A DNA stretch of 64,000 nt. Source: an uncultured Eubacteriales bacterium (GTDB lineage: Bacteria > Bacillota > Clostridia > Oscillospirales > CAG-272). The notes under the pieces were generated by a model. It was given only the letters and a program-made list of their open reading frames with translations. It was not told the DNA's origin and ran no database searches. Location: contig CAKSDZ010000003.1 of NCBI GenBank assembly GCA_934446365.1, positions 72,587 to 136,586 on the forward strand, given 5' to 3'. The position numbers were made by a program, and so were the translations under genes. Shown here in pieces: positions 1 to 9,595 of the stretch. Position 1 is the stretch's first letter. Every line of letters begins with the position of its first letter.

Positions 1-80
1 CGGTGAGCCGCGATTTTCTTTGCCATTTGTGCTCGGAAGGCTGCGGTATCCTCCGGCTTTTTCTTTTTAAAAAGGCTCAT
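1..80 (-). CDS. hypothetical protein, N-terminal fragment (gene continues beyond left edge)
   Basis: ATG at 80 on minus strand with GGAGGAAAT Shine-Dalgarno just upstream (complement of 81-90). Open to the window edge (MSLFKKKKPEDTAAFRAQMAKKIAAH...). Too short to assign. Confidence 0.35.
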   Translation of the reverse strand, partial: MSLFKKKKPEDTAAFRAQMAKKIAAH

Positions 81-302
81 ATTTCCTCCGTTTGTCCGTT
101 CCGGTGAGAAAAATCCGGTTTTTGAACGACCAATCTATCGTTATGGTAACAGTATAACACATTTTGGACGGAAATGCTTGATTTTTTCATTTTTGCCGAA
201 AAATATGGAATACCGGACAGGCCGTTCTTGTTTTTTATAGGGTGAGAAGCGGAAAAGCGCCTGTTATTTTATCTAAATTTTGAATAATTTACAAAATATC
301 GG

Positions 303-331
303 TTTACAAACTATGATTTTGGTGCTATAAT
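303..331 (+). promoter_or_regulatory. sigma-70 type promoter upstream of YfhO-family gene
   Basis: TTTACA (303-308), 17-bp spacer, TATAAT (326-331) with TG at 323-324 (extended -10). Confidence 0.4.
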
Positions 332-437
332 AGAACGGTGATCGACGGACAAGCGGCTCTTCCCGGGCCTCTCTCCGTTTTGTTTTATAAAAGAATCTTA
401 TAGATTTGCCGCCGTAAGGCGGCGGATGGAGGAAAAT

Positions 438-3400
438 ATGAACAGAGACGATTGCGCAAAGAATCCGAACTGTGAAAAAGACGCCCCGACGGTGCCCGCC
501 GTGCCGGAATCTCCGGAGAACGGAAAAAAGCGCCGCCGAAGAGAGAAAAAGAGCTTCAACGGCTATTATCTGATTGCGGCATTCTTCATTCCGTTTGCCA
601 TTATGCTCGGCGTCTATGCGTGCCTTGGCAAGCATCCGTTCGGGAACGGCTCCGTTCTGACGCTCGATTTGCAGGCGCAGTACGTATATTATTACGAGGC
701 GATCAGACGGCTCATGACCGAGGGCGGAAGCTGGCTCTATTCTTGGCAGCGCACGCTCGGCGGCGAGTTCATGGGCATCGTCGCCTACTACATGGCGAGT
801 CCGTTCAATCTGATTCTGCTCCTGTTCCCGAAGAGCATGCTCGCGGACGCGGTCATGTTCATTCAGCTTGCCAAGGTCGGTGCGATGGGGCTTACCTTTG
901 CGTATTATCTGCGCAAAACACGCAAAACCTCGGATATGCAGACGGTCGTTTTTGCGATGATGTATGCGCTTTGCGCGTATTCCGTCGTACAGCTGATTGA
1001 CCCGATGTGGCTCGACGCGATGGTGTTCCTGCCGCTGCTTGTGCTCGGCATTGAATCCATGATCCGGAAGAAAAAATTCATTCTCTATACGGTATCCCTT
1101 GTGGCGGTCTTCGTGACGAACTACTATATGGGATATATGTGCGCGATTTTCACGTTCATTTATTTTCTGTATTATTATTTCCTTGTGCGGGACGAAATTC
1201 CGCAGAAGGAAAAGGCGAAAACGGGGAATTTTATCTCACGCATCTTTCATTCCCGCGGCTTTGAAACGCTGATGCGCTTTGCGCTGTTTACGGTGGTGGC
1301 GCTTCTCATTTCCGCGTTCATGCTGCTTTGCGCGTGGTATTCTCTCCAATTCGGAAAGACCGATTTCGCGACGACGGATTTCTCTCCGAATCTGCGCTTT
1401 GACTTCCTCGACCTGTTTGTCAAGATGCTTCCGGGCTCCTACGACACGGTGCGTCCGAACGGACTGCCGATGATCTACTGCGGCATGCTCGCGCTGCTTG
1501 CGCTTCCGCTTTTCTTCATGTCGCCCGTGATATCGAGAAAGAAAAAGCTGCTCAGCGCAGGTGTGCTTGCGGTGTTTATCATATCGTTCTCCGTCAACAC
1601 GATCGACCTTGTTTGGCACGGCTTTTCCGGTCCGAACTGGCTCAATTACCGATATTCCTATCTGTTTTCCTTCTTCGTCCTGCTTTTGGCGTGCGACGCT
1701 CTGCGCGGGATCCGGAAAATCCGTTATGGGAAAATTCTGACGGTCGGCGTTCTTGTGTCCGTCATGATTCTGATTGTGCAGAAGCTCGGCTATGCCTTTG
1801 AGCAGAATAATAAAACGGTGGAGCTCGACGATGCGAAATGCATTTTGCTTTCCATCGTCCTCATCATCGCCTATATGATCGTTCTCCGTTTTATGAAGAG
1901 CGACGGGATGGAGGGCTCCGGCTCCTTTGCGCTGGCGGTCGTCGTCTGCGTGGAGATGTTCGCCGTATCGCTTATCAACGTGACGGACGTTCAGATGGAC
2001 GTCGGCACCGTGAAGTATGGCAATTATCTTTCTTCCAGCGGCAAAACGGAATATTACGACGGCTATACCGGCTCGATCAAGCGGATTGAATCCGTGGTGA
2101 ATGAGGTTCTCGAGAAAGATAAATCCTTCTACCGGATGGAAAGCACGGTCTATCGGAGGCTCGGCGGCGTCAATGAGCCGATGGCATTCGGCTTCAACGG
2201 CATCTCCCACTCCACCTCCACACTCAATGCGTCGGTCATCAAGCTGATGAACAAGCTTGGCTACGCTTCGACGGCGCACTGGACGAAATATCTCGGCGGC
2301 ACGCCGGTCTCGGACGCGCTGCTCGGCATAAAGTACGTCATCACCAAAAACGACAAGCTCGACACCAATCTTTATACCGTCGCCGCTTCCGGCCCGGAGT
2401 ATTATAAATATATTCCGTCGAACAATACGATTTACGCGATGCAGAACACCAAGGCGCTTTCCGTCGCCTACGGCGTCAGCCCGAATTTGGTTTCCGAAAC
2501 GGAGGGCTTCCTGTATCCGCCGTATTATTCGTCGCTCGATCTTCAAAATAAGCTTGTCAATGCGATGCTTTCCGGCGTGATGGACACGCCGAACGTTCTG
2601 CGCGGTCTTTATGCGACGGTGGAAAGCATCAACTGTTCGCACAGCGCGCTTGCGCACAGACATTCTTACACCGATAAAAACGGCGAAACGCAGTATGCCG
2701 AGCAGAATTATTACTTTGTGGACGGCGGCGACACGGAGGGGACCTTCCGCTTTACCTTGACGGCGGAGGCGGACGGCGATATCTACGCGCATTTCCCGGG
2801 CGTGCTGTTCCAGGGAATGTCGACCGAATGCGGCCTTTATGTCAACGGCACCAAGGTCAGCGATTATTATACCAATGAAACCTGGGTCATTCAGAATCTC
2901 GGAACCTTCGAGAAGGGCGATGAGATAAAGGTGGAGCTCCGGTTCAAGAACGGCGACCTCTATATTTCCCGCGCATCCCGGTATTTCTTCTATTATGTCG
3001 ATTATACCGCGATGAATGTGGCGTTTTCTCAGCTCGAATCCGCATCCATGTATGTGGAGGAGTACGGAAACGATTTCCTGAAAGGGACGATCGATCTCCC
3101 CGAAGGGCAGGACCTGATTTTCACGACCATTCCCTATGACGAGGGCTGGCGCGTCTATATCGACGGCGAGCGGGCGGAAATCACCGAGGTGCTGGATTCG
3201 CTGCTGGCTGTCCAGTCGACGGCGGGCTTCCATGAGATCGAATTCGTATACCGGCCGAACTGCGCCGTATACGGCGGACTGATTTCGATCATCGGAATCC
3301 TCGTGTTTGCGCTGCTTGTCATTTGGAGCCGCAGCCGCAAGGCGCGCGCGCTTGTGAAGTGCGATAACACGCGCACCGAACATTTCTTCTATTGCAAAGG

Positions 3401-3662
3401 CGACGACACGACCGGATGGCTGACGGAGGCCTCGGAAACAGAGGCTGCGGCGGCGGGAGAGAATCCGGATGCGGAGGTTTCGGAAGCTGCGGCGGAGATA
3501 CCGTCTGAACCCGATGCGCCGGTCGGGCAGGCGGAGACGTCTTCCGAAACGAAGCAGGACGGCGGCGTTTCCGATGCGGAACAGGCGCCGGAAGCCGGCA
3601 GCGCTGTGGAAGAGTCCGCGGGGGACATGACGGAAAATACGCCGGAGAACGGTCTGCAATAA
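438..3662 (+). CDS. YfhO family membrane protein with acidic low-complexity C-terminal tail
   Basis: Very long ORF. It has many hydrophobic spans in the first ~480 aa, a large soluble middle domain and a late TM span (ISIIGILVFALLVIW), the layout typical of the YfhO family. ATG 438 lies 5 nt after GGAGG (428-432); ATG 426 is the alternative start. Confidence 0.8.
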   Translation: MNRDDCAKNPNCEKDAPTVPAVPESPENGKKRRRREKKSFNGYYLIAAFFIPFAIMLGVYACLGKHPFGNGSVLTLDLQAQYVYYYEAIRRLMTEGGSWLYSWQRTLGGEFMGIVAYYMASPFNLILLLFPKSMLADAVMFIQLAKVGAMGLTFAYYLRKTRKTSDMQTVVFAMMYALCAYSVVQLIDPMWLDAMVFLPLLVLGIESMIRKKKFILYTVSLVAVFVTNYYMGYMCAIFTFIYFLYYYFLVRDEIPQKEKAKTGNFISRIFHSRGFETLMRFALFTVVALLISAFMLLCAWYSLQFGKTDFATTDFSPNLRFDFLDLFVKMLPGSYDTVRPNGLPMIYCGMLALLALPLFFMSPVISRKKKLLSAGVLAVFIISFSVNTIDLVWHGFSGPNWLNYRYSYLFSFFVLLLACDALRGIRKIRYGKILTVGVLVSVMILIVQKLGYAFEQNNKTVELDDAKCILLSIVLIIAYMIVLRFMKSDGMEGSGSFALAVVVCVEMFAVSLINVTDVQMDVGTVKYGNYLSSSGKTEYYDGYTGSIKRIESVVNEVLEKDKSFYRMESTVYRRLGGVNEPMAFGFNGISHSTSTLNASVIKLMNKLGYASTAHWTKYLGGTPVSDALLGIKYVITKNDKLDTNLYTVAASGPEYYKYIPSNNTIYAMQNTKALSVAYGVSPNLVSETEGFLYPPYYSSLDLQNKLVNAMLSGVMDTPNVLRGLYATVESINCSHSALAHRHSYTDKNGETQYAEQNYYFVDGGDTEGTFRFTLTAEADGDIYAHFPGVLFQGMSTECGLYVNGTKVSDYYTNETWVIQNLGTFEKGDEIKVELRFKNGDLYISRASRYFFYYVDYTAMNVAFSQLESASMYVEEYGNDFLKGTIDLPEGQDLIFTTIPYDEGWRVYIDGERAEITEVLDSLLAVQSTAGFHEIEFVYRPNCAVYGGLISIIGILVFALLVIWSRSRKARALVKCDNTRTEHFFYCKGDDTTGWLTEASETEAAAAGENPDAEVSEAAAEIPSEPDAPVGQAETSSETKQDGGVSDAEQAPEAGSAVEESAGDMTENTPENGLQ

Positions 3663-3669
3663 ATTTTTC

Positions 3670-3698
3670 GCTGTCCTGCGGCATAGCCGCAGGACAGC
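3670..3698 (+). terminator. 13-bp stem-loop after YfhO-family gene (no U-tract)
   Basis: GCTGTCCTGCGGC-ATA-GCCGCAGGACAGC is a perfect inverted repeat 8 nt after the stop. It lacks a T-run, so terminator function is uncertain. Confidence 0.3.
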
Positions 3699-3716
3699 TC
3701 TGTCATAAGCTTTGTC

Positions 3717-5369
3717 ATGGCAGGGCAGATTGGAGGATACGACTTGAAAACGGTGCTTTTTGCATTGAACAGCTCCTATTCGCATACGAATCTCGCGGTG
3801 CGCGCCATCGGCGCCTCTCTTGCCGATGCCGGCTTTGAGAGCGTCGTTTTGGAGAGAAATTTGAAAGATCCGCGCCTCGGCGTTCTGCACGCGCTGTATG
3901 CGGAAAAGGCGGATGTGTACGGATTTTCCGTGTATATATGGAACGTTCGGGAGATGCTGCGCATCGCATCGGAGCTGAAATTGCTTTTGCCGGAGGCGGC
4001 GATTGTTTTCGGAGGACCGGAGGTTTCGTTCTCCGATGACGGCTTTTTTGCAGAGCATCCGTTTGTGGACTTCATCATCGCCGGCGAGGGCGAGGAGGCG
4101 TTTCCCGCACTCTGTCGTGCGCTGGAACGCGGCGAATCCGTGCCGCGCCTGTACCGTGCCTCGCCGTTTGCGGCATTCGCTTCGAGCGGAATCTATTACG
4201 ACAGGATCGGAGACGCGCCGCATGGACTTGTCTATTACGAATCCGTGCGGGGCTGTCCGTTTTCCTGTTCGTACTGTCTGTCCTCGGTCGAAGAGGGCAT
4301 CCGTGCGAAAACCGCGGAAAAGGCGCTGCGTGATCTTTTGGCGTTTGAAGCGTTTGACGGAATCCGCACGGTCAAGCTTGTCGACCGCACGTTTAATTTC
4401 GACCGTGAGCGCGCGAAGGTGATATGGCGCGGCCTTGCGGACGAGCGTTATACGAAGGAATATCACTTTGAGGTGTCGGCGGCGCTGCTCGACGAGGAAT
4501 CCTTTGCGCTGCTTGCCCATGTGCCGAAAGGAAAGTTCCGGCTCGAAATCGGCGTGCAGAGCACGAATCCCGACACCATCCGCGCGGTGTCCCGCGCGTT
4601 GAATACGGAAAAGACGCTTGCCGCCCTGAAAAGGCTGCACGCCGCAGGAAATCTGCATATTCATGCCGATCTCATCGCGGGGCTGCCGTATGAGGATTTT
4701 GCGTCGTTTGGGCGCTCTTTCGATGCGGTTTACGGGCATGCGGACGTTTTGCAGCTCGGATTTTTAAAGCTGCTCCGCGGCTCGCATATGCGGGAGAGCG
4801 CTGCGGACTACGGAATCCGTTATTCGCCGGAGCCTCCGTATCAGGTCTTGGAAACGGCGGCGCTTTCCTTTGACGATATCATGCGTCTTGAAGGGATCGA
4901 AGGTCTTGTGGAACGGTTTTCAAACAGCGGAAAACTTTCCTATACGTTTCCGTATCTGCCGACGGCATATGGCTCGGCATTCGGCTTTTTCGACCGTCTT
5001 TATCGGTTTATGGAGGAAGCGTTTGGGCAAGAAGATGTCTCACGTCTCTCTCAGACGGATGCTTTCCGGCTTGTTATGACGTTTGCGGAAGCGATGTCGA
5101 GGGATGGAATGCCGCTTGATGTAAGGCAGATAAAAGAGAGGCTGGCGCTCGATTTTCTGCTTGGCGAGAGCCGCAGGCTGCCGCCGTTTTTGTCGGCGGT
5201 ATTGGTGACGGCAGAGGAAAAGGCGCGGTATCTTTCGGAAATACCGGTCTATCAGCGCGCTTCTTCCGAGGTTGTGAGGCTGACATTTCTCTCCGATGCG
5301 CCTGTGGTCGTGGATCGGGCGGAGCACAGGGTGATAGGCTGGGATGTGGCCGGAGACGCTTCCGTTTGA
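3717..5369 (+). CDS. B12-binding domain radical SAM protein (DUF4080-type)
   Basis: N-terminal Rossmann-like B12-binding region, then the CxxxCxxC motif (CPFSCSYC) and a long C-terminal extension. Confidence 0.75.
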   Translation: MAGQIGGYDLKTVLFALNSSYSHTNLAVRAIGASLADAGFESVVLERNLKDPRLGVLHALYAEKADVYGFSVYIWNVREMLRIASELKLLLPEAAIVFGGPEVSFSDDGFFAEHPFVDFIIAGEGEEAFPALCRALERGESVPRLYRASPFAAFASSGIYYDRIGDAPHGLVYYESVRGCPFSCSYCLSSVEEGIRAKTAEKALRDLLAFEAFDGIRTVKLVDRTFNFDRERAKVIWRGLADERYTKEYHFEVSAALLDEESFALLAHVPKGKFRLEIGVQSTNPDTIRAVSRALNTEKTLAALKRLHAAGNLHIHADLIAGLPYEDFASFGRSFDAVYGHADVLQLGFLKLLRGSHMRESAADYGIRYSPEPPYQVLETAALSFDDIMRLEGIEGLVERFSNSGKLSYTFPYLPTAYGSAFGFFDRLYRFMEEAFGQEDVSRLSQTDAFRLVMTFAEAMSRDGMPLDVRQIKERLALDFLLGESRRLPPFLSAVLVTAEEKARYLSEIPVYQRASSEVVRLTFLSDAPVVVDRAEHRVIGWDVAGDASV

Positions 5370-5543
5370 CCGGGAATCGTGGCGGCATGAGAAAAATAGG
5401 GTCGGCACAGATATCCGCCGCTTTTGTATGCTGCGGCGGACGTGCGGCTTTTTGAATGGAAATATGCGGCGGGCGCCGTATTTTGAAAGATTGCATTATG
5501 TGATGGAAAACAGACGGGATACCGGGAGAAAAGAGGAGATTTT

Positions 5544-7328
5544 ATGGCTTATGACGCGGGAATGGCAAAAGCGGTCTGCCACGAGCTTTCGCAGACGGCG
5601 GTTGGCGCAAAAATAGAAAAGATTTATCAGCCGTCGGACGACGAGATCGTTCTGCTGTGCAGACGGCACGGAGAAAGCCGCCGGCTGCTCCTTTCCGCAT
5701 CGCCGTCCGGCGCGCGCGTCTGCATGACGGCGCTTACAAAGGAAAATCCCAAGGCGCCGCCGATGTTCTGTATGCAGCTGAGAAAGCATCTGACGGGCGC
5801 TGTGATTGCCGGCGTTTCCACGCCCGGCTTTGAACGGGTGATCGAGCTTGCTTTCGACGCTTTTGACGAGATGGGCTTCCCCTGTCGGAAGCATATCGAG
5901 GCGGAAATCATGGGTAAATACAGCAATCTTATCCTGACGGAGGAAAGAGAGTCGTCGCGCAGGGTGCTGGGCGCTTTGAAAAGCGTCGATTTCACGACGA
6001 GCTCAAAGCGTCAGGTGCTGCCCGGCATGACGTATGAGCTGCCGCCGAAGCAGGATAAATCCGATCCTCTGACGGCGACGGAGGAACAGTTTCAGGCGGC
6101 GTTTTCCGCCTATCCGAAGGAACGGACTGCCGAAAAATTGATTCTCGACACGTATCAGGGGCTTTCACCGCTTGCGGCAAGAGAGGTCGCTTTCCGTACG
6201 GGCTGTCTCGGAACGCCGCTTGCGGAGCTTTCCGACGCAGGGGCGCTGTGGCGTTCGCTTTCCGCGTTCCGTTCTCGTATTTTATCGTGTGAATTTACGC
6301 CGGTCATGCTGTCCCGTGCGGTCGGAACGGTCGTCGAACCGTTTGAATATTGCTTTTTTGACACCATGCAGTATGGAAATGCGGCGGTAAAAACCGTTTT
6401 CCCGGATTTTTCTTCGCTTCTTGACGCCTTTTACGGCGCGAGAGAGGAGCTTGCCGCCATGAAATCGCGCAGCCGCGACATCGAAGCCGTCATCACGGCT
6501 GCCCGTCATAAGCTGGAAAAAAAGCTCCCGCAGCTGGAAGCGGAGCTTGCGGAATGCGCACAGATGGAGCAGTTCAAGCTGTGGGGGGACCTCATCACGG
6601 CGTCCATGTATATGCTGGATAAAAAGGCGGCGTTCTGTGAGGTGACAAACTATTACAGTGAGACGCTGGAAACGGTGAAAATCCCGCTGGATACCAAGCT
6701 CACGCCCGCTAAAAACGCCGCAAAATATTATAAAAGATATACGAAGCTGAAAACCGCACAGAGGATTTTGACGGAACAGATCGAGAAAGCGAGAGGCGAG
6801 CTTTTTTATCTCGCGTCGGTGGAGGAGGCGGCATCCCGCGCGGAGAACGAGAACGATCTTGCGGGAATCCGCCGGGAGCTTGCGCTTTCCGGCTATGTGA
6901 GGGGAAACAAACAGACGGCAAAGCAGCCGCAAAAGGAGACGGCACAGCCTTTCCTCTGTCGGACGACAGGCGGGCGGACGCTTTACGTCGGACGCAATAA
7001 CATGCAGAACGATTATGTCACGATGAGGCTTTCCAAAAAGTCCGACTGGTGGTTTCACGTGAAGGGCGGTCACGGCTCTCATGTGGTGATGCTCTGCGAG
7101 CCGGAGGAGGATCCTTCGGCGGAGGATTTCACCGAAGCCGCCGCCGCCGCCGCGTATTATTCGGAAATGCGGGGCGGGGAAAAGGTTGCGGTGGATTATA
7201 CCCAAATCAAAAACGTAAAGAAGCCGTCCGGTGCTGTGCCGGGCAAGGTCGTCTATTATACCAATTATACCGCATACGTCGATCCGAAAAAGCCCATGGC
7301 TGCCGATGAACCGTCAAAAAAGGCATGA
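5544..7328 (+). CDS. rqcH: NFACT-family ribosome quality control protein RqcH (fibronectin-binding protein A-like)
   Basis: N-terminus MAYDAGMAKAVCHEL..IEKIYQP, central coiled coil, and C-terminal DUF814-like segment (GRNNMQNDYVT..WWFHVKGGHGSHVV). Confidence 0.8.
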   Translation: MAYDAGMAKAVCHELSQTAVGAKIEKIYQPSDDEIVLLCRRHGESRRLLLSASPSGARVCMTALTKENPKAPPMFCMQLRKHLTGAVIAGVSTPGFERVIELAFDAFDEMGFPCRKHIEAEIMGKYSNLILTEERESSRRVLGALKSVDFTTSSKRQVLPGMTYELPPKQDKSDPLTATEEQFQAAFSAYPKERTAEKLILDTYQGLSPLAAREVAFRTGCLGTPLAELSDAGALWRSLSAFRSRILSCEFTPVMLSRAVGTVVEPFEYCFFDTMQYGNAAVKTVFPDFSSLLDAFYGAREELAAMKSRSRDIEAVITAARHKLEKKLPQLEAELAECAQMEQFKLWGDLITASMYMLDKKAAFCEVTNYYSETLETVKIPLDTKLTPAKNAAKYYKRYTKLKTAQRILTEQIEKARGELFYLASVEEAASRAENENDLAGIRRELALSGYVRGNKQTAKQPQKETAQPFLCRTTGGRTLYVGRNNMQNDYVTMRLSKKSDWWFHVKGGHGSHVVMLCEPEEDPSAEDFTEAAAAAAYYSEMRGGEKVAVDYTQIKNVKKPSGAVPGKVVYYTNYTAYVDPKKPMAADEPSKKA

Positions 7329-7357
7329 AAAAAGGCAAAAATAGCAAGGCGGAGCGA

Positions 7358-7387
7358 TTGACAAAAAGAAGAAGAATGTGATATAAT
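7358..7387 (+). promoter_or_regulatory. sigma-70 promoter of structured leader/sRNA copy A
   Basis: TTGACA (7358-7363), 18-bp spacer, TGATATAAT extended -10 (7379-7387). The -35 context GATTGACAAAA and TGTGATA are shared with the copy at 41224. Confidence 0.5.
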
Positions 7388-7392
7388 GGGAA

Positions 7393-7497
7393 ACAGCAAA
7401 GAATTGCTTCCGGCAATTCGGGGCGTTTTACGCGCACGAGAAGTGCGCGGGAAACGCCCCCTCACGGGGTACCCCCTCACGGGGTACCTCGTTTTTT
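7393..7497 (+). ncRNA. structured leader or small RNA, copy A (unclassified motif)
   Basis: Hairpin 1 is GAATTGC-TTCCG-GCAATTC (7401-7419). Hairpin 2 is GGGGCGTTT..CGCGCAC-GAGAA-GTGCGCG..AAACGCCCC (7420-7460). The 15-mer CCCTCACGGGGTACC is tandemly duplicated (7459-7488). A terminator-like stem GGTACCCC/GGGGTACC is followed by T6 (7468-7497). The element lies 65 nt upstream of the pilin ATG. Confidence 0.4.
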
Positions 7498-7561
7498 GTT
7501 GTCAAGGAATGGGGCGCCTCCGTGAAAAAAGACAAAATATATATACATAGGAGGAAAACCC

Positions 7562-9583
7562 ATGAAACAAAAGAAGAGGGGCTTTACGCTGGTAGAGCTC
7601 GTCATCGTCATCGCCGTCATCGCGATTCTTGCGGGCGTGATGATCGCCGTGTTTGCGAATGTCGTGAATAAGGCGAACGAATCCGCGAAGTTGCAGGATG
7701 AGAAGCAGGCGGAGATTCAACAGAAGCTCGAGGATATCGAGCAGAAGCTGAACAATCAGAACTGGCTCGGCTGGGAGGATTTTGAGAATGAGCTGGCGGC
7801 GCAGCTGGCCGAGGCGAATGCGTCTTCTCAGGCGGAAATGAAAATTGCGATCGACAATGCCTTGAAGGAATATGCAAGCGCCGGATCGAATACCGGACTT
7901 ACGGAAGAGCAGGTAAAGACCATCATTGAACGCGCTCTTTCCGGCCAGCTCACCGAGGAGCAGGTGAAGCAAATCGTGACGACGGCTGTGAAAAACTCGT
8001 CCGGCTCAACGCTTACGGCTGCCGAGGTAAGCAGAATCGTGAGCACGGCGGTGGCAAACAATTTGACGGCGGATCAGGTAAAAACGGTTGTGAATAATGC
8101 GCTTGCCGGCATTACAACGGATATTTCAACTTTGAAAGCAAATGCTCTGACAGAAGAGCAGATTCAGGCTATGCTGGAATCTTATCTTCCCACGTCAAAG
8201 GATTATCCTGCCGGTACGGCGATCGATTTTGGTAAGCTGGTTTCCGGAAGTACTGTCAATTTGACGGGCGATTGGTCGTCTGCTACGTTGGATATCGTGT
8301 ATGATGCTGCCAAAACCTTTACAGTTACCGGTTCCGCGGTCGGGACAGTCAACATCAAGGCTCCTGCCGGAACGGTCAATCTCTATGCCGATGCGGCAAC
8401 GGCGAAGGTGACTGCGATTGCCAACAATTCGCTGCATATTTACAGCAAGGTCACATCACTGTCCGTGACGACCGGACGTGTTGTTCTTGAAAAAGGCTCT
8501 GTCGAAACTTTGACACTGGCTTCTGCATCTTCCGATGCCGTTACATTGGAAATTGCGAAAAATACAACGATTGGCACCCTTGCTGTGCAAGGCGCTGCCG
8601 GTGTTGTAACGGTCGAAAACAACGGAGCGATCAACGCCATCACAGGAACGGCAGGAAGCACGATTGTCGTTTCCGGTTCCGGCGAAACCATGACACCTGT
8701 CAACGGAGATAATTCCAATGTAACTGTCAATGGAACGGAAACACTTTCTTATAATGGGTCTGTCAATGTATTTACGGCAGCGAATAGCGGAAGCATCGTC
8801 AAGCTGACCGCGGATGTTACGACTGCGATTGTCATCCCCGAGGGTACGACGTTTGTTCTCGATTTGAATGGTCACAATGTTACGGTCGAAGGGGCACATG
8901 CCATTACCAATAACGGCACATTGACGGTTAAAGGTGAGGGAATTGTGGATGCTTTAACTCACGCAAAGGCGGCATTGTTTAATGCGCAGGGAGCAACCGC
9001 TATTTTAAACGGAGGTACATTCACCCGTAGCTTGGAAAACGGACAAGATAAGGAGGATAGTGGTGGAAACTCTTACTATGCGATTCATAATCAAGGGACG
9101 ATGACCATTAACAGCGGAGTAACCGTATCGCAAAGCGGACATTATTCCAGTATGCTTGCAAATGGATGGTATGATGGAAATCAGAATGATTCTCATATTG
9201 AAGCGGTTCTTATTATCAATGGCGGTACTTTTGAGGGTGGACTTAATACCATCAAAAACGATGACTGGGGCGTTGCGACCATCAACGGCGGAACGTTTAC
9301 TAACTTTACGCAGTATGTTGTGATGAACTGGAACAAACTCGATATCAACGGCGGTGCTTTCTATCATGGTGGTAGCACAGTCGTGTGGAGTGGATATGGC
9401 AACGCTCAAATGGATCAGGGTATTTTGAATATTACCGGTGGCACATTTGATGGAACTATTTATAAATACGGTGCTAATGGAAGAATTATCATCACAGGGG
9501 GTACATTTAACTCCGATGTTACAACCTATGTTCCTGCCGGCTATACCTATGATGCTACAACCGGAACGGTTTCCAAGAATTAA
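7562..9583 (+). CDS. large type IV pilin-like protein (prepilin N-terminal cleavage/methylation domain plus repeat and beta-solenoid-like region)
   Basis: MKQKKRG|FTLVELVIVIAVIAILAG prepilin signal with Glu at +5; AGGAGG RBS upstream. About five copies of LT(E/A)(E/D)QVKxIV repeats, then a G/T/N-rich region with recurrent NGGTF motifs. Confidence 0.8.
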   Translation: MKQKKRGFTLVELVIVIAVIAILAGVMIAVFANVVNKANESAKLQDEKQAEIQQKLEDIEQKLNNQNWLGWEDFENELAAQLAEANASSQAEMKIAIDNALKEYASAGSNTGLTEEQVKTIIERALSGQLTEEQVKQIVTTAVKNSSGSTLTAAEVSRIVSTAVANNLTADQVKTVVNNALAGITTDISTLKANALTEEQIQAMLESYLPTSKDYPAGTAIDFGKLVSGSTVNLTGDWSSATLDIVYDAAKTFTVTGSAVGTVNIKAPAGTVNLYADAATAKVTAIANNSLHIYSKVTSLSVTTGRVVLEKGSVETLTLASASSDAVTLEIAKNTTIGTLAVQGAAGVVTVENNGAINAITGTAGSTIVVSGSGETMTPVNGDNSNVTVNGTETLSYNGSVNVFTAANSGSIVKLTADVTTAIVIPEGTTFVLDLNGHNVTVEGAHAITNNGTLTVKGEGIVDALTHAKAALFNAQGATAILNGGTFTRSLENGQDKEDSGGNSYYAIHNQGTMTINSGVTVSQSGHYSSMLANGWYDGNQNDSHIEAVLIINGGTFEGGLNTIKNDDWGVATINGGTFTNFTQYVVMNWNKLDINGGAFYHGGSTVVWSGYGNAQMDQGILNITGGTFDGTIYKYGANGRIIITGGTFNSDVTTYVPAGYTYDATTGTVSKN

Positions 9584-9595
9584 GAGGTGAAATAC

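Noticed and set aside
273-635. 120-aa minus-strand ORF overlapping the YfhO promoter and start, and a possible riboswitch in the 332-437 leader.
   Set aside because: The ORF overlaps the promoter and the start of a well-supported gene and has no RBS. The leader has only a GCCGCC-GTAA-GGCGGC hairpin next to the RBS and no recognisable aptamer.
1236-4739. 1167-aa ORF antisense to the YfhO and radical SAM genes. Similar long antisense ORFs occur at 26501-28804, 11161-12222, 12308-13516, 35579-36709, 36706-37728, 37882-38985, 50932-52470, 52885-53931, 57731-58483, 60857-61774 and 61820-62683.
   Set aside because: They are Arg/Gly/Ala/Pro-rich shadow ORFs typical of high-GC DNA. Each lies opposite a gene with clear family motifs, and none has a plausible RBS or recognisable domain.
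7393-7497. c-di-GMP riboswitch upstream of the pilin genes, as known for some clostridial pilin operons.
   Set aside because: The sequence does not show the GEMM-I or c-di-GMP-II conserved segments I can recall. In addition, the same motif recurs upstream of an unrelated ABC exporter.
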